Below, piece by piece: positions 8,138 through 15,850 of a DNA stretch of 26,027 bases. Positions within the stretch are counted from its first letter, which is position 1, and each line of letters starts with the position of its first letter. The notes under the pieces were generated by a model that did not search any database, was not told where the DNA came from, and saw nothing but the letters and a program-made list of their open reading frames with translations. A program made the position numbers and the translations under genes. Origin of the DNA: Actinomycetes bacterium (GTDB lineage Bacteria; Actinomycetota; CALGFH01); assembly GCA_036259695.1 (NCBI GenBank), contig DATABK010000656.1:1-26027 (forward strand), written 5' to 3'.

Positions 8138-9358
8138 CTAGACGCCTGGCTGCCTGGCCCCGAGCCGGGCCAGCAGGCCGGCCAGGAGGGCGGTGCGGGG
8201 GACCACGCTGTCCAGGTCCAGCCACTCGGTCGGCCCGTGGGCCTCGCCGCCCACCGGGGCCAGGCCGTCGATGGTGGCCAGCCCGGCGGCCGCGGTCGTG
8301 TTGGCGTCCCCGGCCCCGCCGGTGGCGGCCTCGCCGACCTCGAACCCGAGGTCGCGGGCGACCGCCTGGGCCTGGGCGACCAGCGCGGCCACGGCCGGGG
8401 TCCGCTCCATCGGCGGGTGGCGGTGGGCCGGCGACAGCACGGCGCTGGCCCCGGAGACGGTGGCCGCGGCCACGATCCGCTCGACCTCGTCCATGGCCTG
8501 GTCGAAGGCGGCCCTGGTGGCCGCCCTGACCTCGACCTGCATGACCGCCCGGTCGGCGACAACGTTGGTCCGGCTGCCGCCCTGGAGCACCCCGACGTTG
8601 CAGGTCACCCCCGGCCAGCGGCCGTTCAGGGCCTGGAGGGCGACCGTCTTGTGGGCCGCCTCGAGCACGGCGTTGACCCCCTCGTCGGGCCGCACCCCGG
8701 CGTGGACGGCCTTGCCGGTGACCTCGATGGTGAAGGCCGAGATGCCCTTGCGGGCCGAGACCAGCTCACCGTTGACCCGGGCCGCCTCCAGGCCCACGGC
8801 CACGTCGTGCTCGCCGGCCAGGGCCTCGATCAGGGGCCGGCTGAACGGCGAGCCGATCTCCTCGTCGGGCGAGCAGACCAGGGTGATGGCGGCGAAGTCG
8901 TCGAAGCCGGCCAGGTCGCAGAGGACCTCGACGGCCTCGAACCCGCACACGACCCCGGCCTTGTCGTCGGTCACCCCCGGCCCGTAGGCCCGGCCGTCGC
9001 GGGTCCGGAAGGGCCGGGCGGCGGCCGTGCCCTCGTCGAACACCGTGTCCATGTGGGCCAGCAGCAGCAGGCGCCGGCCGCCCTCGGCCACCGGCCGGCC
9101 CCCGGCCCGGCGGCCGACGACCAGGTCGCCCAGCGGCGCTCCGGTCCACTCCTGGTCCGGCCGGTGGCGGTGGCGCTCCACCTCCCAGCCGCCGGCCTCG
9201 AAGCGGGCCTGGCAGAGGTCGGCGACCCGGTTCACCCCGGCGGCCGTGAACGAGCCGGAGTCGATGTTGACCAGCTCCTCGATCCGGCCGAGCACCTCGT
9301 CGTAGCGCTGGCGCAGCGGCGCCAGCAGACGGGCAGGCTCGGCTCGGGGGTCGGTCAC
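8138..9358 (-). CDS. M20-family metallopeptidase (glutamate carboxypeptidase-like)
   Basis: ELVNIDSGS, LLLAHMDTVF, GPGVTDDKAG, PDEEIGS, GKAVHAG, AHGPTEW. GTG at 9358 overlaps the ldh stop (GTGA). Confidence 0.92.
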   Translation of the reverse strand: MTDPRAEPARLLAPLRQRYDEVLGRIEELVNIDSGSFTAAGVNRVADLCQARFEAGGWEVERHRHRPDQEWTGAPLGDLVVGRRAGGRPVAEGGRRLLLLAHMDTVFDEGTAAARPFRTRDGRAYGPGVTDDKAGVVCGFEAVEVLCDLAGFDDFAAITLVCSPDEEIGSPFSRPLIEALAGEHDVAVGLEAARVNGELVSARKGISAFTIEVTGKAVHAGVRPDEGVNAVLEAAHKTVALQALNGRWPGVTCNVGVLQGGSRTNVVADRAVMQVEVRAATRAAFDQAMDEVERIVAAATVSGASAVLSPAHRHPPMERTPAVAALVAQAQAVARDLGFEVGEAATGGAGDANTTAAAGLATIDGLAPVGGEAHGPTEWLDLDSVVPRTALLAGLLARLGARQPGV

Positions 9359-10314
9359 AGGCCGAGGCTCTTGATGACGCCCTTGACCGTGTCGGCCGAG
9401 CGGCGCAGCCCGACAACCTCGTCGTCGGACAGCGGGCTGGGCAGCACCAGCTCGACCCCCTGGCGGTCCACCACCGACGGCAGCGACAGGCAGACGTCGT
9501 GGATCCCGGCCTGGCCGTCGAGCAGGTAGCTGACCGGCAGGACCTGGCGTTGGTCGCGCAGGACGGCGTCGACGATCCGGGCCGCGGCCAGCCCGACGGC
9601 GTAGTTGGTGGCCCCCTTGCCCCGGATGATCTCGCCGGCGGCGCCGACGACCCGGCGGTGGATGTCCTCGCGGGCGGCCGCGTCCAGCGGCGGCCGGCCG
9701 GGGACGTCCCAGGCCAGCAGCGGCACCGACCCGATGGAGGCGCTGCTCCACAGGGGGATCTCGGAGTCGCCGTGCTCGCCGGCGATGTAGGCGTGCACGT
9801 TCTGGACGGCCACGCCGCAGTGCTCCGCGACCAGCAGCCGCAGCCGCGAGCTGTCCAGGACCGTGCCCGATCCGAAGACCCGCTGGGGCGGCAGGCCCGA
9901 GAACTTGAGGGCGGCGTAGGTGATCACGTCGACCGGGTTGGTGACCAGCAGCAGGACCGCCTCGGGGGCGACCTCGAGCAGCTGGGGGACGAGCTTCCTG
10001 GAGAGGGCGACGTTGGCCTCGGCCAGCTCCAGGCGGGTCTGGCCCGGCTTCTGCTTGGCCCCGGCGGTGATCACCACCAGGTCGGCCCCGCGGCAGACCT
10101 CGATGTCGTCGGAGCCGAGAACGGTGGCCTGGGGGACGAACTGGAGGCCGTGGTTGAGGTCGAGCACCTCGGCCCTGGTCTTGTCGGCGTCGATGTCGTA
10201 GAGGGCGATGGTCCGGCCGATCCCCTGGATCAGGCAGGCGTACGCGCAGGTGGCCCCCACGCTGCCCGCGCCGACCACCGCGAGCTTGGTGGTGCCAGCC
10301 GACGACCGAGTCAT
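9355..10314 (-). CDS. ldh: L-lactate dehydrogenase
   Basis: VVGAGSVG Rossmann motif; GAKQKPGQTR has Gln at the specificity position (LDH rather than MDH); NPVD, GTVLDSSRLR, GEHGDS, KGATNY. TAGGGT lies 7 nt before the ATG, suggesting a leaderless mRNA. Confidence 0.92.
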   Translation of the reverse strand: MTRSSAGTTKLAVVGAGSVGATCAYACLIQGIGRTIALYDIDADKTRAEVLDLNHGLQFVPQATVLGSDDIEVCRGADLVVITAGAKQKPGQTRLELAEANVALSRKLVPQLLEVAPEAVLLLVTNPVDVITYAALKFSGLPPQRVFGSGTVLDSSRLRLLVAEHCGVAVQNVHAYIAGEHGDSEIPLWSSASIGSVPLLAWDVPGRPPLDAAAREDIHRRVVGAAGEIIRGKGATNYAVGLAAARIVDAVLRDQRQVLPVSYLLDGQAGIHDVCLSLPSVVDRQGVELVLPSPLSDDEVVGLRRSADTVKGVIKSLGL

Positions 10315-10450
10315 GGCAGGAACCCTACCGGATACTGTCCGGGCCATGGCCGAGACGGCGGGACCGACGCTGGTCGAGCTGCGGGCCCGGGTAGTGGCGG
10401 CCACGGCCGGGTAGCCTCCGGGCAGGACCCGCCACGACCCGGAGGACACC

Positions 10451-10840
10451 GTGCTGGAGGAAGGCGTGCGCCGCCTGGCCAAGGGAAGGAACTTCGCCGC
10501 GTTCACCACCCTGCTGCCCGACGGCCAGCCGATGACCCATGTCATGTGGGTGGACTGCGACGACGAGCACGTGCTGATCAACACCGAGACCCACCGCCAG
10601 AAGGCGAAGAACATCCGCCGCGACCCCCGGGTCACGGTCACCATCTGGGACGACGCCGACCCCTACCGCTACGCCGAGGTCCGCGGCGAGGTCGTCGAGA
10701 CGGTCGCCGGCTCCGAGGCCAGGGCCCACATCGACAGCCTGTCGATGAAGTACAACGGCCACGAGTACCGCAACCGCATCCAGTCCGAGCGGCTCCTGGT
10801 CCGGATCAAGCCCGTCCGTCAGGTGCTGCGGAAGGCCTAG
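10451..10840 (+). CDS. PPOX-class, probably F420-dependent, oxidoreductase
   Basis: 129 aa: FAAFTTLLPDGQP, VMWVD, RQKAKNIRRDPRVTV, YRYAEVRG; GGAGG RBS before the GTG. Confidence 0.88.
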   Translation: MLEEGVRRLAKGRNFAAFTTLLPDGQPMTHVMWVDCDDEHVLINTETHRQKAKNIRRDPRVTVTIWDDADPYRYAEVRGEVVETVAGSEARAHIDSLSMKYNGHEYRNRIQSERLLVRIKPVRQVLRKA

Positions 10841-10944
10841 CTCGGGCCTGGAGCCGAGCTTGTGCTCCGCACCACCGATGGCCACCAGGACGCCGGCTCC
10901 GGCCCGGTTGGTGTCGGAGCCATGGGCGGCTACCAAGCTGGCCT

Positions 10945-10978
10945 CTTACACCTGCTTGATGGCGGTGACGGCTACCAT
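10945..10978 (+). promoter_or_regulatory. Putative promoter of the CutR-like gene with a CTTA-N6-CTTGA box and a TACCAT -10
   Basis: Box at 10945-10959; -10 at 10973-10978, 6 nt before ATG 10985 with no SD (leaderless geometry). Confidence 0.5.
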
Positions 10979-10984
10979 TCAGGC

Positions 10985-11665
10985 ATGCGGGTGCTGGTCG
11001 TCGAGGACGAGGCCGACCTGGCCGACGCGATCGCGCGCGGCCTGCGTCGGGAGGGCTACGCCGTCGACGTGGCCTACGACGGTGACGAGGCCGTCGACAA
11101 GGCGAGCGTCAACGACTACGACGTGGTCTGCCTCGACCTGAACCTGCCCCGCCTTGACGGCATCGAGGTGGTGCGGCGCATCCGGGCCGACGACGTCGGC
11201 CAGCCGACCCGGGTGCTGATGCTGACCGCCCGCGACTCGACCCGTGACCGGATCACCGGCCTGGACGAGGGCGCCGACGACTACCTGGTCAAGCCGTTCG
11301 ACTTCGAGGAGCTCAAGGCGCGGGTGCGGGCCCTGCTGCGCCGCGACGCCGGCCGGTCCGGGGCCGTGCTCCGGGTCGACGACATCGAGCTCGACAGCTC
11401 CCGCCACGACGCCCGCCGCAACGGCCACCAGCTGCCCCTGACACCCAAGGAGTTCGCGCTGCTGCGCTACTTCATGTCCCGGCCGGGGCAGGTGCTCAGC
11501 CAGGAGGACTTGCTGGAGCACGTCTGGGACGAGAACGCCGACCCCTTCACCAACACCGTCCGGGTCACCGTGATGACCCTCCGCCGCAAGCTGGCCGACG
11601 CGGGCGACGGCCAGCCGATCGAGACCGTCGTCGGTCGCGGGTACCGCCTGCGCGAGCAGCCGTGA
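10985..11665 (+). CDS. OmpR-family response regulator (CutR-like)
   Basis: MRVLVVEDEADLADAIARGLRREGYAVDV, CLDLNLP, MLTAR, GADDYLVKPF, ADPFTNTVRVTVMTLRRKL, IETVVGRGY. The resemblance to Streptomyces CutR is from memory. Confidence 0.93.
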   Translation: MRVLVVEDEADLADAIARGLRREGYAVDVAYDGDEAVDKASVNDYDVVCLDLNLPRLDGIEVVRRIRADDVGQPTRVLMLTARDSTRDRITGLDEGADDYLVKPFDFEELKARVRALLRRDAGRSGAVLRVDDIELDSSRHDARRNGHQLPLTPKEFALLRYFMSRPGQVLSQEDLLEHVWDENADPFTNTVRVTVMTLRRKLADAGDGQPIETVVGRGYRLREQP

Positions 11666-13002
11666 ACCCGCCCGGCTGGCTGGTCGACCGCCTGCCGGAG
11701 TGGGCCAGGTCGATCCGCTTCCGCTACACCCTGCTGTACTCGGCCGTGCTCTTCGGCCTGGCCGCGGTGGTGGTCGCGGCCATCTACCTGGTGCTGCTGA
11801 TGGCCCTGCGGAACCAGCCGGTGTCGGCCGGGCGCGGGCTGTGGTGCCGGTACGGCGAGTGCATCCGGTTCCTCTCCCTGAGCGAGTTCGAGCGCCTGGT
11901 CAACTCCCAGATCCTGACCAAGCTGCGCAACTACTCCTTCGGCGCCCTCGGGGTGCTGTTCGTGGCCAGCCTCGGCGTCGGCTGGGTTGTGGCCGGCCGG
12001 GTGCTGCGTCCCATCGGCCGTATCACCTCGGTGGCCCGGGAGATCCAGGCCACCGACCTGTCCCGCCGCATCGAGCTGCCCGGGCCCGACGACGAGCTCA
12101 AGCAGCTGGCCGACACCTTCGACGCCATGCTGGCCCGCCTCGACGCCGCCTTCGCCGCCCAGCGCCAGTTCACCGCCGACGCCTCTCACGAGCTGCGCAA
12201 CCCGCTGGCCATCATCCGCACCAACGTCGACGTCGCCCTGGCCGACCCCCACGCCGACCCCGACGACCTGCGCCACACCATCACCGTGGTCAAACGGGCC
12301 AGCGACCGCATGGCCCGCCTCGTCGACGACCTTCTGGCCCTGGCCCGCCGCCAGGAGCCGACCCTCGAGTTCGAGCCCTTCGACCTCGGCGTCGCCGTCA
12401 CCGAGGCCAGCGACGACTTCGTGGTCCCGGCGGCCGCCCGCAACATCGTCCTCGACCGCGCCATCGCCCCCGGCGTGGTTGTCACCGGCGACCGCGACGT
12501 CCTCAAGCGGGCCGTCGCCAACCTCCTTGACAACGCCGTCCGCCTCGCCCCGGCCGGCTCCCGGGTCCGCCTCGCCACCGGCAGCGAGGGCGACCGGGCC
12601 TGGATCGCCGTCGCCGACGAGGGCCCCGGCATCGCCCCCGAGGACCAGCCCCACGTCTTCGACCGCTTCTGGCGCGCGGACAAGGCCCGCTCCCGCGCCG
12701 ACGGCGGCACCGGCCTCGGCCTGGCCATCGTTCGCCAGATCGTCGAGAGCCACGGCGGCCAGGTGCGCCTGCAGTCCAAGGTGGGGCTGGGGTCGTCGTT
12801 CGTGATCTGGCTCCCGGTGACCGCGGCGAGGGTCGGGGGGGCGGTGGGTCCGGCGGGGTCCTTGGCGGCCGCGGGGTCGCCGGGGTCTTCCGCCGAAGGG
12901 TTCTCCCGCCCTCCCGGCGCCCCATCGCCGGCCCCGGCCCCGGCGCCGACCCCGGCCGAGCGCGCCCGCACCCGGCCGTCGTTCGGCCCGCCTCCGAAGT
13001 AG
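11662..13002 (+). CDS. Sensor histidine kinase (CutS-like) with a short extracytoplasmic loop
   Basis: Two TMs, HAMP (GPDDELKQLADTFDAML), ADASHELRNPL, NLLDNA, DEGPGI, FDRFWR, GTGLGLAI; GTGA-coupled to the regulator; Pro/Ala-rich tail. Confidence 0.94.
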   Translation: MNPPGWLVDRLPEWARSIRFRYTLLYSAVLFGLAAVVVAAIYLVLLMALRNQPVSAGRGLWCRYGECIRFLSLSEFERLVNSQILTKLRNYSFGALGVLFVASLGVGWVVAGRVLRPIGRITSVAREIQATDLSRRIELPGPDDELKQLADTFDAMLARLDAAFAAQRQFTADASHELRNPLAIIRTNVDVALADPHADPDDLRHTITVVKRASDRMARLVDDLLALARRQEPTLEFEPFDLGVAVTEASDDFVVPAAARNIVLDRAIAPGVVVTGDRDVLKRAVANLLDNAVRLAPAGSRVRLATGSEGDRAWIAVADEGPGIAPEDQPHVFDRFWRADKARSRADGGTGLGLAIVRQIVESHGGQVRLQSKVGLGSSFVIWLPVTAARVGGAVGPAGSLAAAGSPGSSAEGFSRPPGAPSPAPAPAPTPAERARTRPSFGPPPK

Positions 13003-13009
13003 GCGCGTC

Positions 13010-13064
13010 CTTATCTCCCCTTGAGGAATGGCTTACCGGTGCTTTAGCGCCGGTCGCCTAGCCT
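13010..13064 (+). promoter_or_regulatory. Putative htrA promoter with two tandem CTTA-N6-CTT(G/T)A boxes and a TAGCCT -10
   Basis: Boxes at 13010-13024 and 13032-13046 (22 nt apart); TAGCCT at 13059-13064. Confidence 0.5.
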
Positions 13065-13108
13065 CGTCGACAACGAGGCTTGCCATGTTCGACCGCAGGA
13101 GGCGACCG

Positions 13109-14622
13109 ATGTCCATCCGGGACGGCCTGGAGCCATCGCGCTCCCCGGACTCCCAGACCCACACCCAGCCACTACCGCGCGACGCGGACGCCACCGCCCA
13201 GCCGGACGGCGCCGCCGACCCGCGACCCGCCGCGCCCGAGTCCCCGCCTCCCGCGTCCGCGGCGACCCCGAACGACCACGCGACCTCCCCGGCCGCCGAG
13301 ACCTGGCCGCCCTCCTGGGGTGAGTCGCCCTCCTCCTGGGGGCGGGACCCGGCGGCCTCCGACAGCGGCCACACCTGGACCCAGGCCCCTTCCGAATCTG
13401 CGTCCAGCCAGCCGCCGGCGCCCGAGGCCGGGGCACCGTCCTGGACCCCGCCGAAGGCCGCCCAGGGTCCCTCGTGGACCCAGCCGAACGACCCCGGCAC
13501 CCAGGCCGACCCGGCCCAGCCCGGCGGGGGCCAGGGCGGCGGCGGCTACCCGACCGTGCCCGCCTGGGGAACCCGGTCGCCTGACGCCGGTTCACCTGGC
13601 GGCCGCCGGCCGTCCCGCTGGCTGGCCGGCCTGGTGGCGGGTGTCGTCCTGCTCGGCGCCGGCTTCGGGATCAGCCAGGCGCTCGACCGCAACGACGAGC
13701 CGGCCGGCGCCGGCATCCCGACCGCGGGCCAGCCCCGGTCGCCGCCGCCCCCACCCCCGCGGGCGAGGAGCCGGCCGCCGCCGTGGCCAAGGCCCTGCTG
13801 CCCACCGTGGTCGAGATCCGCCACGGGAGCGGCGTCGGCTCCGGCTTCGTCTACGACAAGGACGGCTACATCATGACCGCCGCCCACGTCGTCGACGGCG
13901 TGGACGAGGTCGAGGTCCGGCTCTACGACGGCACCAGGCTGGAGGGCAGGGTCGTCGGCACCGACGACCTCAACGACGTGGGGGTGGTCAAGGTCGACCG
14001 CACCGGTCTCGCCGTGGCGCCGCTCGCCGTCGGCCAGGAACTCCAGGTCGGCCAGCTGGCCATCGCCATCGGCAGCCCGTTCGGCCTCAACGAGACCGTG
14101 ACCGCCGGCATCGTCAGCTCCACCGACCGGGTCCTCGAGGACGGCCGTGAGGTCATCCAGACCGACGCCCCGATCAACCCGGGCAACTCCGGCGGGGTGC
14201 TGGCCGACCGCAACGGCCGCGTCATCGGCATCAACAGCGCCATCCGCCCGGGCGCCGGGTCCAGCGGCAACGTCGGCATCGGGTTCGCCGTCCCGATCGA
14301 CCTGGCCGCCAGGTCGGCCACGGCCATTGTCCAGGGCAGGCCGATCCAGACCGGCTACCTCGGCATCCGCATGGCCGACCCCACCGGGAGCCAGGACGGG
14401 GCCATCGTCCAGGAGGTCACCCCGAACAGCCCGGCCTCCCGGGCCGGCCTCCGGGCCGGCGACGTGGTCACCTCGATCGACGGGCAGGCGATCCAGAGCT
14501 ACAGCGAGCTGATCGCCGGCATCCGGGGCCACAAGCCCGGCGACAAGGTCACCCTCGGCGTGACCCGCGGCGGAAACGAAACGACCATCACGGCCACCTT
14601 GACCCAACGCCCCGCCGGTTGA
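13109..14622 (+). CDS. htrA: HtrA/DegP-family serine protease with TM anchor and one PDZ domain, split by a -1 frameshift near 13733-13736
   Basis: ATG 13109 after AGGAGG. Frame A gives a disordered N-tail and a TM (WLAGLVAGVVLLGAGFGI). Frame B gives the triad TAAHVV / DDLNDV / GNSGG and PDZ GYLGI. One extra C in CAGCCCCGGTC joins the two frames. Confidence 0.88.
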
Positions 14623-14741
14623 TCGGGGGACAGACGTCGCGGCATGGTCCGACATGAGGTACGTCGACCGAATCTGGTAGTTTGGCTGATAACGATTTGG
14701 CGACGAGGGAGCCAAGAACGGGAACGACCCTTTACGCTTGA

Positions 14742-14873
14742 TAGGCGAACACGGAGCTGGTCCGAACGGGCGCTGGGGGGCGTTCCAAGAGGACCACTTC
14801 CGCCCGCAGGACGGCCCAGGCCGTTCGGCCTAGGCCGAGAGGACACGGGAGGCGCGGGAAGCACGTTCGCCTA
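14742..14873. other. Structured intergenic element (candidate ncRNA or MITE)
   Basis: Perfect 9-bp terminal inverted repeat TAGGCGAAC / GTTCGCCTA enclosing three hairpins; no convincing ORF. Confidence 0.45.
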
Positions 14874-14931
14874 GCGACGGCCGCGCCGTCCGGTGTGTGG
14901 ACCGGTGGTTGGGGGACTACCGGGACCCCCC

Positions 14932-14951
14932 GGACGGCAGGCCGTCCTTTA
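14932..14951 (+). terminator. Putative intrinsic terminator
   Basis: GGACGG-CAGG-CCGTCC hairpin followed by TTTA (short U-tract), between the convergent htrA and nuclease genes. Confidence 0.4.
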
Positions 14952-15008
14952 CGTTCCAGGGCGGTTCGTGGTGCCCGGTCCCGGTCCTCCAGGTGCTCGA
15001 GCTCGGCC

Positions 15009-15644
15009 TCAGGAACCGGCCTGGTTCTCCTGGGCCCAGAGCCCGCGGTCCTCCCGCCGTGCCTGGCCGACCAGACGGCGGAAGAGGCGCTCGTAGGTGA
15101 CGTTCGGCGGGACCGTGAGCTGCTGCGCATATCCCTCGGCGACCAGCAGCGCGTTCCAGAACGTCCCGTCCTCCAGCCACACGTAGGCGAGCATCCGGCC
15201 ATACCGGTCCCGCGGCTCGGCGTCCCCGGCGAGGCGCACGGTCTCGCCGTCCAGATGGTGCTTGGCGAAGTCCGACGCCTCCTCCCCGTACGGCTCATCC
15301 GGCTGGTTGGGCGACACCGACTCCGGGGTGTCCACCCCGATCACCCGGATCCGTTCCCGCCGCCCCTTGACCGTGGCCACGAACGTGTCACCGTCCGAGA
15401 CCCGCTGCACCTCCGCCGCCACCGCGTCCTTCGGCGCATCCGGCCAGGCGGCCCGCTCCGCCTTCGTGGTCGTCAGGTCCGCCGGCGCCCGGGTCCCCCC
15501 GCCGCCCCCGCCATTCCCGCCGCCCGCGATGTCCTCGACAAGGCCGTCGCACCCGGCCACCAGCACAACAGCCAGCAGGAGCAGGGCAAGGCGCCAGACC
15601 GGCCGCGGACCTCCCGGCTGCCGGCGGTCCGTCTTGGCAGTCAT
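15009..15644 (-). CDS. Thermonuclease (SNase-like) family lipoprotein
   Basis: ATG after GAGGAGG; signal peptide with lipobox VAGC; VSDGDTF, RIRVIGVDTPE, DRYGRMLAYVW, NALLVAEGYA, RGLW. Confidence 0.92.
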   Translation of the reverse strand: MTAKTDRRQPGGPRPVWRLALLLLAVVLVAGCDGLVEDIAGGGNGGGGGGTRAPADLTTTKAERAAWPDAPKDAVAAEVQRVSDGDTFVATVKGRRERIRVIGVDTPESVSPNQPDEPYGEEASDFAKHHLDGETVRLAGDAEPRDRYGRMLAYVWLEDGTFWNALLVAEGYAQQLTVPPNVTYERLFRRLVGQARREDRGLWAQENQAGS

Positions 15645-15819
15645 CGACCTCCTCGGCGTTGTCGGGCTCCTCGATCTCTCACCGGGCGCCCACTGCGGAC
15701 GCCGGATCACGCGGAAGCATAGATGCCCGCCCCGACGGTCACGTCGGTTCATCCACATCCTGCCTCTCTCTCCCCGCCACGCCGAACGGCCGTGGGGGCT
15801 GTGGACAGCATCCAGCCGG

Positions 15820-15841
15820 CGTCGTAGGTGGTCGCTAGGAT
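15820..15841 (+). promoter_or_regulatory. PafBC-type (RecA-independent DNA damage) promoter candidate for adnAB
   Basis: CGTCGT-N10-TAGGAT versus the mycobacterial consensus TGTCGG-N10-TA-N3-T; 9 nt before ATG 15851. Confidence 0.5.
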
Positions 15842-15850
15842 GCCCGCATC

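Noticed and set aside
10862-10984. 41-codon N-terminal extension of the CutR-like regulator
   Set aside because: The receiver domain starts cleanly at MRVLVVED, and this stretch contains the promoter elements.
13020-13060. HspR HAIR or HrcA CIRCE operator before htrA
   Set aside because: Only single imperfect half-sites (CTTGAGG, TTAGCGC), with no matching second arm at the right spacing.
14742-14873. tRNA, SRP RNA or known riboswitch
   Set aside because: No T-loop/D-loop/anticodon geometry, no SRP domain IV motif, and no TPP, FMN, cobalamin or c-di-AMP signature recognisable by eye.
14644-14874. 76-aa + strand ORF in the intergenic gap
   Set aside because: Many A/T-ending codons, unlike real genes here; no clear SD or motif; overlaps the structured element.
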